A stretch of 51,082 nt of DNA, from positions 1 to 51,082 of the forward strand of contig JBEDCE010000001.1 of the NCBI GenBank assembly GCA_041176905.1. The letters are read 5' to 3'. Under the pieces are notes generated by a model. The model saw only the letters and a program-made list of their open reading frames with translations, made no database searches and was not told the origin of the DNA. The stretch comes from Pseudomonadota bacterium (GTDB lineage Bacteria > Pseudomonadota > Gammaproteobacteria > Burkholderiales > Burkholderiaceae_C). A program made the translations under genes and the position numbers. Below are positions 10,942 through 20,923 of the stretch, piece after piece (positions within the stretch are counted from its first letter, which is position 1; each line of letters begins with the position of its first letter).

Positions 10942-11084
10942 CAGAAGACGCTGGGCTTGGTTTTGATGTGCCATTGAGGCCAATGGCATTGGGACCGTTG
11001 GGATATCAAGAGGGTCCGAGCCGTGTTGGGGGAGGGTGGGATCGGTGGGTTTGCCGATCAGTACAATCCCTCTGGTCCATTCCA

Positions 11085-11162
11085 ATGCAAAAGCAGGGCC
11101 AAAAACGCACGTGCTGTGCGGGTTTTGGCATCACACCTGCCCTTTGGCCTCCACGCATCTGA
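11085..11162 (+). CDS. Candidate 25-aa leader peptide MQKQGQKRTCCAGFGITPALWPPRI upstream of ychF
   Basis: ATG 17 nt after TACAAT (11062-11067); no SD; inside a structured leader; translation unproven. Confidence 0.35.
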   Translation: MQKQGQKRTCCAGFGITPALWPPRI

Positions 11163-11238
11163 TCGATCAGGGCACTTGACCAACGTGGTGTTGGGCTCGG
11201 TCGTGCATTTGGCGTTCTGATTCACAAGGAAAACACCC

Positions 11239-12330
11239 ATGAGCCTCCAATGCGGCATCGTGGGCTTGCCCAACGTCGGCAAGTCCACCCTCTTCAACGC
11301 CCTGACCAAAGCCGGTATCGCGGCCGAAAACTACCCCTTTTGCACGATCGAGCCCAACACCGGCGTGGTCGAAGTGCCCGACACGCGCTTGGCGCAGCTC
11401 GCCGAGATCGTGCAGCCCGAGCGTGTGGTGCCCGCGATTGTGGAATTTGTGGATATCGCGGGATTGGTGGCCGGTGCGAGCACGGGCGAAGGCTTGGGCA
11501 ACAAGTTCTTGGCCCACATCCGCGAAACCGACGCCATCGTCAATGTGGTGCGCTGCTTTGAAGACGACAACGTGATCCACGTGGCCAACAAGGTCGACCC
11601 GATCGCCGACATCGAAGTCATCCAGACCGAGCTGTGCTTGGCCGACTTGGCCGCGGTGGAAAAAGCCATTCACCGCGTGAGCAAAATCGCGCGCTCGGGC
11701 GACAAGGAAGCCGTCAAACAAATGGCCATTCTGGAGAAGTGCCAAGCCGCGCTCAACGACACCAAGCCAGTGCGCACCATCGACTTCAGCAAAGAAGAGC
11801 AAGCGCAGCTCAAACAGTTTTTCTTGATCACCGCCAAGCCCGCGATGTTCGTGGCCAACGTGTCCGAAGACGGCTTTGTAAACAACCCCTTCTTGGACCG
11901 ATTAAAGGCCTTTGCCCAAGCGCAAAACGCGCCCGTGGTGGCCATTTGCGCCAAGATCGAAGCCGAGTTGTCCGAGATGGACGACGCCGACCGTTTGGAG
12001 TTCTTGAAAGAACTCGGCCAAGACGAGCCGGGCCTCAACCGCTTGATCCGCGCGGCCTACACGCTCTTGGGCTTGCAAACCTACTTCACTGCGGGTGTCA
12101 AAGAAGTGCGCGCCTGGACCATCCATGTGGGCGACACCGGCCCCCAAGCCGCGGGTGTGATCCACACCGATTTCGAAAAAGGCTACATCCGCGCCCAAAC
12201 CATCGCGTTTGACGACTTCATCGCCTTCAAAGGCGAGCAGGGCGCCAAAGACGCCGGCAAGATGCGCGCCGAAGGCAAGGACTACGTGGTCAAAGACGGC
12301 GACGTCATGAACTTCTTGTTCAGCTCCTGA
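11239..12330 (+). CDS. ychF: Redox-regulated ribosome-associated ATPase
   Basis: [31 protein letters not shown]-like C-terminus. Confidence 0.98.
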   Translation: MSLQCGIVGLPNVGKSTLFNALTKAGIAAENYPFCTIEPNTGVVEVPDTRLAQLAEIVQPERVVPAIVEFVDIAGLVAGASTGEGLGNKFLAHIRETDAIVNVVRCFEDDNVIHVANKVDPIADIEVIQTELCLADLAAVEKAIHRVSKIARSGDKEAVKQMAILEKCQAALNDTKPVRTIDFSKEEQAQLKQFFLITAKPAMFVANVSEDGFVNNPFLDRLKAFAQAQNAPVVAICAKIEAELSEMDDADRLEFLKELGQDEPGLNRLIRAAYTLLGLQTYFTAGVKEVRAWTIHVGDTGPQAAGVIHTDFEKGYIRAQTIAFDDFIAFKGEQGAKDAGKMRAEGKDYVVKDGDVMNFLFSS

Positions 12331-12332
12331 GC

Positions 12333-13103
12333 ATGGCCGATTCACCAGGGCAAGAGCCGATCCGCTTGGCCAAACGCGTGGCCGCGCAACTGGCTTGCTC
12401 GCGCAGCGACGCTGAGAACTACATCACCGGCGGTTGGGTGCGTGTCAACGGCGAGTTGCAAGAAGCGCCCCAGAGCCGTGTCCATGACCGCGATGTGGTC
12501 GAGGTTGACCCGAAAGCCCGATTGGAATCTTTGGCCTCCATGACTTTGCTTTGGCACAAACCCGCGGGTTTGGCCATGCCCGATGGCGAAGTGCCACTGC
12601 CTTGGGCCTTGCAACACCTGGGGGCGCCGCAGCGTTGGTCGGGCGACCGCTCGGGCGTGCGTTTGCTCAAAGCGCATGCGCAGCAACTGCAGATCGCCGC
12701 GGGCCTGGCCGCCAAGGCCAGCGGTTTGGTGGTGCTCACGCAAAACCCCGGTGTGGCGCGCAAGCTCAGCGACGCCAGCGATGCGGTCGAACACGAATGG
12801 CTGGCCGAAGTCGCCCAAGACCCGGCCTTGCAAGACGCCGAGCGCCGCGAGGCGGTGCTGCAGTCCTTGGGCAAGGTGGTGTTTGTCGACGGCACGGCCG
12901 TGTCCAAGGCGCGGGCGAGTTGGCAAAGCGAATGGCGCGTGCGCTTGGCCATCAAAGGCTACCTCGATGGACAAGTCGCTCACTTGGCCGAGCGCGCGGG
13001 TCTCTCGCTCATGGGCTTGCGCCGCTTGCGTGTGGGCCGCTTGAGCCTCACACCTTTGCCCGAAGGCCAGTGGCGTTTCTTGCTGCTGCACGAACGCTTT
13101 TAA
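12333..13103 (+). CDS. S4 plus RsuA/RluB-fold pseudouridine-synthase-like protein, catalytic Asp absent
   Basis: RLAKR..CSR..A..YI..G.V.VNG S4 domain, HKP motif I, L.RLRVG C-terminus; GRLD replaced by AGLA. Confidence 0.75.
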   Translation: MADSPGQEPIRLAKRVAAQLACSRSDAENYITGGWVRVNGELQEAPQSRVHDRDVVEVDPKARLESLASMTLLWHKPAGLAMPDGEVPLPWALQHLGAPQRWSGDRSGVRLLKAHAQQLQIAAGLAAKASGLVVLTQNPGVARKLSDASDAVEHEWLAEVAQDPALQDAERREAVLQSLGKVVFVDGTAVSKARASWQSEWRVRLAIKGYLDGQVAHLAERAGLSLMGLRRLRVGRLSLTPLPEGQWRFLLLHERF

Positions 13104-13109
13104 AGCGTT

Positions 13110-13592
13110 TCAGGGCAACCAATCGGTGGGCACCGCCCACACCAAGGCGCTGGTCATGATCACGTAGCGGGCGAATTTGCCCACTGCCATGAACGCCACA
13201 CACGGCCAAAACGGCAACTTCATCCAACCCGCCGCCACACACAGCGGGTCACCCACCACCGGTAACCAGCTCAGCAAACAGGCTTTGGGCCCCCAGCGGC
13301 GCAGCCAATGCAGGGCTTGGGTCTCGCTGCGCTGGCCACGCACCTTGTCCACCGCTAGGTGCGCACCCCAGCCCATCCACCAGCTCACGGCCCCGCCCAA
13401 GGTGTTGCCCGCCGTGGCCACCAGCACCGTGACCCAAAACCAATCGGGCTGCAGCGTGACCATGCCGAACACCACCGCTTCGGAGCCCATGGGCAAGAGG
13501 GTGGCCGAGATGAAGGCCACCACGAACACCGTGGACAGCCCCACCTCGGGCAAGGCCAAGACGTTGAGCCAACTCATGAGGGTTTCTTGCAT
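13110..13592 (-). CDS. yqaA: YqaA family (DedA/VTT-like) membrane protein
   Basis: FISATLLPMGSE, GNTLG, LLSWLPVVGDPL. Confidence 0.88.
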   Translation of the reverse strand: MQETLMSWLNVLALPEVGLSTVFVVAFISATLLPMGSEAVVFGMVTLQPDWFWVTVLVATAGNTLGGAVSWWMGWGAHLAVDKVRGQRSETQALHWLRRWGPKACLLSWLPVVGDPLCVAAGWMKLPFWPCVAFMAVGKFARYVIMTSALVWAVPTDWLP

Positions 13593-13676
13593 CGGGGTGA
13601 GAGGTTTTGTGGGTTTGCTGAAAAAGTAGGCAGGTACAATGCCCCTCCCACTTCCAAGACCCATTCTCCCACTCCC

Positions 13677-14741
13677 ATGCACATCGGGCCCTATTCCTTG
13701 CCCAATCGGACCTTCGTCGCGCCCATGGCCGGCGTGACCGATCGGCCGTTTCGCACCCTGTGCAAACGCCTGGGTGCTGGCTATGCCGTGAGCGAGATGG
13801 TCACGTCGCGCCCGGACTTGCAAAAAAGCCTCAAAACCTCGCGCCGCGCCAACCACGATGGCGAAACCGCCCCGATCGCGGTGCAGATCGCGGGTACCGA
13901 TGCGCAGATGATGGCCGACGCGGCGCGTTACAACATCGACCGCGGCGCACAAATCATCGACATCAACATGGGTTGCCCGGCCAAAAAGGTCTGCAACAAA
14001 TGGGCTGGCTCGGCCCTGATGCAAAACGAAACCTTGGCCCTGCAGATCGTGGAGGCGGTGGTTCAGGCCGCTGCGCCCCACGGCGTGCCCGTGACCTTGA
14101 AGATGCGAACCGGCTGGTGTGCCTCAGCGCGCAACGCGCCGGTTTTGGCCGTGGCCGCACAAGAAGCCGGCATTGCCATGCTCACGGTGCACGGACGCAC
14201 CCGCGAACAAGGTTACCAAGGCCAAGCCGAACACGAGACCGTCGCCCACATCAAGTCCCTGCTGCGCATACCGGTGGTGGCCAACGGCGACATCAACAGC
14301 CCCGAAGCGGCCCGCGATGTGCTGGCGCGCACTGGCGTTGACGCCGTCATGGTCGGCCGCGCCGCGCAAGGCCGGCCGTGGATTTTTCGCGAAATCACGC
14401 ATTTCATCGACACCGGCGATCATTTGGCAGCACCCACGTTGGCCGAGATCCGCGGTTGGCTTATTGAGCACCTGCACGAGCACTACGATCTGTACGGCGA
14501 GTACACCGGCGTGCGCAGCGCGCGCAAACACCTCGGTTGGTACGTCGACGCCTTGCCCTTGCCCGAGGGTTTGGTGTTCGACGCCACTGAGCGTTTTCGC
14601 CAACACATCAACACCTTGGACACGTGCGAAGCCCAACTGCGCAGCGTGATCGAGAGTTTTGACGCTTGGCAAGCGGGGCTGGACGCCCCCAGCGCCCAAG
14701 GCGATCCCCTTGAAAATTTGAACTGGAAGTTGGCCGCATGA
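13677..14741 (+). CDS. dusB: tRNA-dihydrouridine synthase B
   Basis: APMAGVTD, IDINMGCP, HGRTR, ANGDI; directly upstream of fis. Confidence 0.95.
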   Translation: MHIGPYSLPNRTFVAPMAGVTDRPFRTLCKRLGAGYAVSEMVTSRPDLQKSLKTSRRANHDGETAPIAVQIAGTDAQMMADAARYNIDRGAQIIDINMGCPAKKVCNKWAGSALMQNETLALQIVEAVVQAAAPHGVPVTLKMRTGWCASARNAPVLAVAAQEAGIAMLTVHGRTREQGYQGQAEHETVAHIKSLLRIPVVANGDINSPEAARDVLARTGVDAVMVGRAAQGRPWIFREITHFIDTGDHLAAPTLAEIRGWLIEHLHEHYDLYGEYTGVRSARKHLGWYVDALPLPEGLVFDATERFRQHINTLDTCEAQLRSVIESFDAWQAGLDAPSAQGDPLENLNWKLAA

Positions 14742-14974
14742 GCACCCAATATTTGCACGACAGCGTGCGCAACAGCCTTGAAACGTATTTTGAAGTCTTG
14801 GGTGAAAGTGAACCCACCAACCTACACGACATGCTCATCAAAGCCGTTGAAGCACCTTTGCTGGAAGTCGTGATGGCCAAAGCCGATCAGAACCAATCGC
14901 GCGCAGCACAGTGGTTGGGCTTGAACCGCAACACCTTGCGCAAAAAACTGCTTGAGCACGGACTCATCAGCTGA
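14738..14974 (+). CDS. fis: Fis DNA-binding protein
   Basis: [18 protein letters not shown] helix-turn-helix. Confidence 0.93.
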   Translation: MSTQYLHDSVRNSLETYFEVLGESEPTNLHDMLIKAVEAPLLEVVMAKADQNQSRAAQWLGLNRNTLRKKLLEHGLIS

Positions 14975-15008
14975 CCATCCCTTTCTTTTTTTGACCGACC
15001 ACCCCACC

Positions 15009-16595
15009 ATGCGCGCACTCATCTCCGTCTCTGACAAAACCGGCATCGTCGAACTCGCTCAGCAGCTCCACGCCTTGGGCGTGGGCCTGATCTCCACCGG
15101 CGGCACCGCCAAGCTCTTGGCCGATCAAGGTTTGCCCGTGACCGAAGTGGCCGAAGTCACCGGCTTCCCCGAAATGCTCGATGGCCGCGTCAAGACCCTG
15201 CACCCCAAGGTGCACGGCGGTCTGCTGGCCCGGCGCGACACGCCCGAGCACATGGCGGCTTTGAAGGCACACCAGATCGACACCATCGACCTGCTCATCG
15301 TCAACCTCTACCCCTTTGAAGCCACCGTGGCCAAGCCCGGCTGCACCTTGGCCGACGCGATCGAGAACATCGACATCGGCGGCCCAGCCATGGTGCGCTC
15401 GGCTGCCAAGAACTGGAAAGACGTGGGCGTGGTGACCGACGCCAGCCAATACGCCGACGTGATCGCCGAACTCAAAACCAACGGCCAACTCAGCGACCGT
15501 CTGCGCTTTGCTTTGTCTGTGGCCGCTTTTAACCGCATCAGCCAATACGACGGCGCGATCAGCAACTACCTCTCCAGCGTGAATTTCGAAGCCGAAAAGC
15601 TCAGCGAAACCTACGTGCCTGAGCGCGCGCAGTTCAGCGGCCAGTTCAACGAGCAATACATCAAAGTGCAAGACCTGCGCTATGGCGAAAACAGCCACCA
15701 GCAAGCCGCGTGGTACCGCGACCTCGCGCCCGCGGCTGGGTCGCTCGCCACCGGTGTGCAGATCCAAGGCAAAGAGCTGAGCTACAACAACATCGCCGAC
15801 GCCGACGCCGCGTGGGAATGTGTGAAGAGCTTCGAGACCTCTGCCTGTGTCATCGTCAAACACGCCAACCCCTGCGGCGTGGCGGTGGGCACCAGCGCAC
15901 TCGAGGCCTACAGCAAAGCCTTCCAAACCGACCCCACCAGCGCGTTCGGCGGCATCATCGCCTTCAACCGCCCGGTGGACAAAGCCGCAGCCGAGGCTGT
16001 GAGCCAACAGTTCGTCGAGGTGTTGATGGCCCCCGACTTCAGCGCCGAAGCGCTCGAAGTCTTCAAGGGCAAAGCCAATGTGCGCTTGATGAAAATCGCC
16101 TTGCCTGCCCAATATGGCCAAGTGCGCAACGCCTTGGAGACCAAGCGCGTGGGCTCGGGCCTCTTGCTGCAAAGCGCGGACAACCATGAGTTGGCCTTGG
16201 CCGACATGCAAATCGTCACCGTCAAACAACCCTCACCCCAAGAGTTGAGCGATTTGTTGTTCGCCTGGAAAGTGGCCAAGTTCGTCAAATCCAACGCCAT
16301 CGTGTTCTGCAAAAACGGCATGACCATGGGCGTGGGCGCTGGCCAAATGAGCCGCCTCGACTCCGCCCGCATCGCCAGCATCAAGGCCGAAGCGGCCCAG
16401 CTGAGCCTGCAAAACACCGTGGTCGCCAGCGACGCTTTCTTCCCCTTCCGCGACGGCCTCGACGTGGTGGTGGACGCGGGTGCCACCTGCGTCGCCCAAC
16501 CCGGTGGCTCCATGCGCGACCCAGAAGTCATCGACGCCGCCAACGAGCGGGGGGTGGCGATGGTCTTCACGGGCGTGCGTCACTTCCGCCATTGA
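15009..16595 (+). CDS. purH: AICAR transformylase/IMP cyclohydrolase
   Basis: [43 protein letters not shown]. Confidence 0.98.
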   Translation: MRALISVSDKTGIVELAQQLHALGVGLISTGGTAKLLADQGLPVTEVAEVTGFPEMLDGRVKTLHPKVHGGLLARRDTPEHMAALKAHQIDTIDLLIVNLYPFEATVAKPGCTLADAIENIDIGGPAMVRSAAKNWKDVGVVTDASQYADVIAELKTNGQLSDRLRFALSVAAFNRISQYDGAISNYLSSVNFEAEKLSETYVPERAQFSGQFNEQYIKVQDLRYGENSHQQAAWYRDLAPAAGSLATGVQIQGKELSYNNIADADAAWECVKSFETSACVIVKHANPCGVAVGTSALEAYSKAFQTDPTSAFGGIIAFNRPVDKAAAEAVSQQFVEVLMAPDFSAEALEVFKGKANVRLMKIALPAQYGQVRNALETKRVGSGLLLQSADNHELALADMQIVTVKQPSPQELSDLLFAWKVAKFVKSNAIVFCKNGMTMGVGAGQMSRLDSARIASIKAEAAQLSLQNTVVASDAFFPFRDGLDVVVDAGATCVAQPGGSMRDPEVIDAANERGVAMVFTGVRHFRH

Positions 16596-17836
16596 TGAAT
16601 TTCGCCGATCTGGGCTTGGCCCCTGCGCTGATCAACGCTTTGAACGAACAGGGCTTGAGCAGCCCCACGCCCATCCAGCAACAGGCCATCCCCGCTGTGC
16701 TGCAAGGCCGCGATGTCATGGGCCAAGCGCAAACCGGTTCGGGCAAAACCTTGGCCTATGCGCTGCCGGTGTTGCAGCGGATCATGGCCTTGGCCCCGGC
16801 GCGCGAAGACGCGCCCCGACAACGCCGCACGCTAGTGTTGGTGTTGGTGCCCACGCGTGAGCTGGCCACACAGGTCAGCGATGTGTTGCGCGACTTGGCG
16901 AGGCCGCTGTCGCAGTCGATCAAAGTGGGCACGCTCTTTGGTGGCGTGTCGATCAACCCTCAAATGATGAGCCTTCGCAGCGGCGCCGATGTGGTGGTGG
17001 CCACGCCCGGGCGCTTGCTCGACATCGTGGCCCACAACGCCTTGAGCCTGGACGCTGTGCAGCAACTGGTCTTGGACGAGGCCGACCGTTTGCTTGACCT
17101 GGGTTTTGCCGAGGAATTGCAGCGCGTGCTCGCGCTGTTGCCCGCCCAGCGGCAAAACCTCTTGTTCAGCGCGACCTTTTTGCCCGCAGTGCAGGGCTTG
17201 GCCGAGGCTGGGTTGCGCGATTCGGTGCGCATCACCATCGAGAGTACCGAGGCGCAAGCGCCCCACATCACCCAACGCGCCATCGCCGTGGACGACAAAA
17301 AGCGCACCGCCTTGCTGCGTCAACTCATCACCGAGCACCCGCAGCAGCGAATGTTGGTGTTCGTGGCCACACGCTACGCCTGTGAGCACGTGGCCAACAA
17401 GCTCTACCTCGCTGGCATCTTTGCCACCGCCTTTCACGGCGAGATGAGCCAAGGCGCGCGCCAAACCGTGCTCGACGAATTCAAGGCGGGCCGCTGGGAC
17501 GTGGTGGTCACCACCGATTTGGCCTCGCGCGGCATCGACATCGCGCTCTTGCCCATCGTCGTCAACTACGACCTGCCGCGCTCCGCCAACGATCACACCC
17601 ACCGCATCGGGCGAACCGCACGCGCCGGCGCCAGCGGCTTGGCCCTGAGCTTCGTGACCGCCGAGTCGCAAGCGCATTGGCGCCTGATCTGCAAACGCGA
17701 ACAGCTTGACCTGCCACTGGAGGTCGTACCCGGCTTTGAGCCCACCGACACCCCGCCCGAACCGCAGGGCAACGGCGGCGTCAAGGGCAAGCGCCCCAGC
17801 AAAAAAGACAAATTGCGGGCGGCCGGTTTGCGCTGA
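16595..17836 (+). CDS. DEAD-box RNA helicase (RhlE-like)
   Basis: Q motif, AQTGSGKT, PTRELA, TPGR, DEAD, SAT, HRIGRT. Confidence 0.93.
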   Translation: MNFADLGLAPALINALNEQGLSSPTPIQQQAIPAVLQGRDVMGQAQTGSGKTLAYALPVLQRIMALAPAREDAPRQRRTLVLVLVPTRELATQVSDVLRDLARPLSQSIKVGTLFGGVSINPQMMSLRSGADVVVATPGRLLDIVAHNALSLDAVQQLVLDEADRLLDLGFAEELQRVLALLPAQRQNLLFSATFLPAVQGLAEAGLRDSVRITIESTEAQAPHITQRAIAVDDKKRTALLRQLITEHPQQRMLVFVATRYACEHVANKLYLAGIFATAFHGEMSQGARQTVLDEFKAGRWDVVVTTDLASRGIDIALLPIVVNYDLPRSANDHTHRIGRTARAGASGLALSFVTAESQAHWRLICKREQLDLPLEVVPGFEPTDTPPEPQGNGGVKGKRPSKKDKLRAAGLR

Positions 17837-17839
17837 CGT

Positions 17840-17890
17840 TTGACAAAGCAGATCCAAAACACCAGAATGTAGACACTGTCAACATTCTGG
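17840..17890 (+). promoter_or_regulatory. Sigma70-like promoter overlapped by a 29-bp palindromic operator
   Basis: TTGACA (17840-45), 17-bp spacer, CAGAAT (17863-68); palindrome CCAGAATGT-A-GACA-C-TGTC-A-ACATTCTGG at 17862-17890. Confidence 0.75.
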
Positions 17891-17897
17891 GTTTGAG

Positions 17898-18674
17898 ATG
17901 TCTTTGATTGTGAATTTGTTTCAGCGTGAGCGTTTTTTGATGCGCTACACCGTGTTGATGTTCGCCTTGTTGTTGGTCGCTGGGCTGCTGTGGACGGTGG
18001 ATGGCCGCGTGGTGCGCGAGGTGAATGTGTGGGCCAAACCCATGAAATTCATGGCCGCCACAGGATGGATGGCGCTGACCACGGCGGTGTTCTTGACCTT
18101 GTTGCCCGCACATGCGCGGGCGCAGCGCTCGGTGCAAGTCATGGTGTGGGTGTTGGTGCTGACGTCAGCGTTTGAGGTGGGCTATATCACCCTGCAAGGG
18201 GCGATGGGCAACGGTTCGCATTACAACGTGAGCCACCCGCTCTTGGCGTTGATGTTTGGTTTGATGGCCACGGCCGCCGTGGGTTTGACAGCCACCCAAG
18301 GGTATTTGGCATGGGTGGTGAACAAGAACGGATTGACCTGGGGCCAACCCGTTTTTGTTCAATCGGTGGTCTGGGGTTTGGCTTTGACCTTTGTGCTGGC
18401 CACCATCAGCGGGTTCGCGTTGGGCGGCCTGCAGCCGCCAGCGGGCCAAGGTTTGCCCGTGGTGGGTTGGCACCTGTCTGGCGACGATGTACGGCCGGCG
18501 CATTTTTTGGGGGTGCACGCCAACCAGCTTTTGCCCCTGTGGGGTTTGGTACTGATGCGCTTGAGTGGCGTGCAGCCCCGAGTGGCCATGGTGCTCTTGT
18601 ACACCGGTGTGGCGCTCTATGTGTTGGCGTGGGCTTGGCTGAGTGTCTCTGCCTTAGCAGGTCGGGTTGCTTAA
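17898..18674 (+). CDS. Uncharacterised multi-TM membrane protein with His motifs
   Basis: About 7 hydrophobic helices; W.KP.KF, SHYN and GD.R.AHFLG.HA.Q motifs. Confidence 0.7.
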   Translation: MSLIVNLFQRERFLMRYTVLMFALLLVAGLLWTVDGRVVREVNVWAKPMKFMAATGWMALTTAVFLTLLPAHARAQRSVQVMVWVLVLTSAFEVGYITLQGAMGNGSHYNVSHPLLALMFGLMATAAVGLTATQGYLAWVVNKNGLTWGQPVFVQSVVWGLALTFVLATISGFALGGLQPPAGQGLPVVGWHLSGDDVRPAHFLGVHANQLLPLWGLVLMRLSGVQPRVAMVLLYTGVALYVLAWAWLSVSALAGRVA

Positions 18675-19238
18675 ACCTCGACCGATCAAGCCCATCACAT
18701 GGGCTACGGCTTGTTTGTGTACGGTGGCCGATAGCGTGAGGTGGGTGGTGCAGTTGGCCCCCAAGATGCCTGCCAAGCCATGCATGGTCGACCACACAAA
18801 CAAGGCGTCGAGGTCCACCGCTTGGGTGGGCGACTTCACCCCGTGCACCCGCGCCATGACGCTGCGCAGGGTGTCAAACGCTTGGTTGGCATCGGCTATC
18901 AATTCGGCTTGCTCAGCCGCTTGGGGCCAAGGCGTGCTGAACATCAAACGGTATTCCAAGGGGTGCGACAGCGCAAAGTCCAAATACCGTTCACCGAGTT
19001 CGTGCAAATCCGCGTGCGGGTCGGATGGGCTGGGCCGATCTTGCAAGTGCTCAGCAAATTGTGCGTAGCAGCGGCGCATGACCTCGGCGAGTAGGTGCTC
19101 GCGGGTGGGGAAGTGGCGGTAAGGCGCTTGGTGAGAAACCCCCAAACGCCGAGCCACATCACGTAGGCTGAGGTGTTCGATGCCTTCTTGCGCAATCACT
19201 TCACGCGCAGCATCCACGCAAGCGTCGCGCAAGTTCAT
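18654..19238 (-). CDS. TetR/AcrR family regulator (WHG-like C-terminus)
   Basis: LSLRDVARRLGVSHQAPYRHF HTH; YRLMF and WSTMHG C-terminal motifs. Confidence 0.9.
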   Translation of the reverse strand: MNLRDACVDAAREVIAQEGIEHLSLRDVARRLGVSHQAPYRHFPTREHLLAEVMRRCYAQFAEHLQDRPSPSDPHADLHELGERYLDFALSHPLEYRLMFSTPWPQAAEQAELIADANQAFDTLRSVMARVHGVKSPTQAVDLDALFVWSTMHGLAGILGANCTTHLTLSATVHKQAVAHVMGLIGRGLSNPTC

Positions 19239-19583
19239 TCACGGTCTCTCGTCGGTCCCGTCCAAACCCAAGGCCGCCGGTGGTGGGGTGTCGCGCACCG
19301 GTGCGGGCACCCAAGTGCCGGGCTTGCACAAGATTTCCACATAAACGCTGGCCGCACCATCTTGAGCCAAAGCGCCCACGGTGTCGACCACCGCGCCGAC
19401 TTTGCAGACCTCGGCGCTGGCGGCGTCCAAACCGACTTGGCAGTCGAAGTCCCAGAAATCTACCCCCTTGGGCAAGACCCGGCTGCGCTCGCGCTTGAAG
19501 TATTTGCGGATGTCGTGTTTGACCGCTTCAAGCACGCGCTCAGGGTGTTTGCCCTCAACGCTCAGGGGGTAGGTTTTTTTCAT
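19239..19583 (-). CDS. DUF6172-like small protein
   Basis: MKKTY.L..EGKHP.R..EA.KH.IRKY..RER...LP.G.DFWDFDC pattern. Confidence 0.7.
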   Translation of the reverse strand: MKKTYPLSVEGKHPERVLEAVKHDIRKYFKRERSRVLPKGVDFWDFDCQVGLDAASAEVCKVGAVVDTVGALAQDGAASVYVEILCKPGTWVPAPVRDTPPPAALGLDGTDERP

Positions 19584-19584
19584 G

Positions 19585-20886
19585 TCAGAAGGTTCGGAAA
19601 ATCTCGGCCGCGGCTTGCACGGTGTGTGCAATGTCGGCGTCGGTGTGGGCCGCGCTCACAAAGCCCGCTTCGTAAAGCGCGGGGGCGATGTACACCCCGC
19701 GGTCGAGCAAGCCGTGAAAGAGTCGGTTGAAACGCGCGCCGTCGGTGGTCATGACAGTGCCGTAGTTTTGGGGCAGTTCGTTCATCAAGAAGAAGCCGAA
19801 CATGCCGCCTTGGCTGTCCACGCTGAAGGGCACACCCGCGGCGTCCGCTGAGGCTTTGAGGCCGAGCGTGAGCGCTTGGGTTTTGCCGGAGAGCGCTTCG
19901 AAGAATCCGGGTTTTTGGATTTCGCGCAACGTGGCCAAACCGCACGCGGTGGCCACGGGGTTGCCGCTCAAGGTGCCGGCTTGGTACACGCCACCCAAGG
20001 GGGCGAGTTGCTCCATGACGGCGCGTTTGGCACCGAACGCGGCCAGCGGCATGCCGCCGCCAATGACCTTGCCCATGACCGTCATGTCGGGTTCAAAGCC
20101 GGGGATGAGCGAGGCGAAGTGGCCTTGGGCGCTGCCCAAACCCACGCGGAAACCGGTCATCACTTCGTCAAACGCGAACAGCGCGCCGTGCTGGGTGCAC
20201 AACTCGCGGATGCGCTTCACAAAGGGCACGCTGGCGCGCACGAAGTTCATGTTGCCCGCGATCGGCTCGATCATCACGCAAGCCACTTCGGAGCCGTGCT
20301 CGGCAAAGGCGGCTTCAATTTGTTCGACGTTGTTGTACTCGAGCACCAAGGTGTGTTGCACCACTTCGGGCGGCACACCAGCGCTGGTGGGGTTGCCAAA
20401 GGTGGCCAAGCCCGAGCCGGCTTTGACCAAGAGCGCGTCGGCGTGGCCGTGGTAGCAGCCTTCGAACTTGATGATTTTTTTGCGGCCGGTGGCGCCGCGC
20501 GCCAAGCGGATGGCGCTCATCCCGGCTTCGGTGCCCGAGCTGACCAGTCGCACCATCTCGATGCTGGGCACGAGCTTGATGATTTCTTCGGCCAGTTCCA
20601 CTTCGCGCTCGGTGGGCGCGCCGAAGCTGAAGCCGTCCAGGGCGGCTTTTTGCACGGCTTCCAACACGGCGGGGTGGCCGTGGCCCAGGATCATCGGGCC
20701 CCAAGAGCCGATGAAGTCGATGTATTTCTGGTTGTTGGCATCCCAGAAGTAAGCGCCTTGTGCGCGCTTGACAAAACGTGGCGTGCCACCCACGGCCTTG
20801 AAGGCGCGCACAGGGGAGTTCACGCCACCGGGGATGACTTGTTTGGCGCGTTCAAAGAGTTGTTCGTTGCGGTCGTTGGAGCTCAT
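19585..20886 (-). CDS. hemL: Glutamate-1-semialdehyde 2,1-aminomutase
   Basis: [48 protein letters not shown]. Confidence 0.97.
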   Translation of the reverse strand: MSSNDRNEQLFERAKQVIPGGVNSPVRAFKAVGGTPRFVKRAQGAYFWDANNQKYIDFIGSWGPMILGHGHPAVLEAVQKAALDGFSFGAPTEREVELAEEIIKLVPSIEMVRLVSSGTEAGMSAIRLARGATGRKKIIKFEGCYHGHADALLVKAGSGLATFGNPTSAGVPPEVVQHTLVLEYNNVEQIEAAFAEHGSEVACVMIEPIAGNMNFVRASVPFVKRIRELCTQHGALFAFDEVMTGFRVGLGSAQGHFASLIPGFEPDMTVMGKVIGGGMPLAAFGAKRAVMEQLAPLGGVYQAGTLSGNPVATACGLATLREIQKPGFFEALSGKTQALTLGLKASADAAGVPFSVDSQGGMFGFFLMNELPQNYGTVMTTDGARFNRLFHGLLDRGVYIAPALYEAGFVSAAHTDADIAHTVQAAAEIFRTF

Positions 20887-20923
20887 AAACAGATCACTCG
20901 CGAAAGTTAAAAAAGACGCGGCA

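Noticed and set aside
14975-15008. ZTP riboswitch before purH
   Set aside because: The fis-purH spacer is only 34 nt and pyrimidine-rich, with no aptamer consensus.
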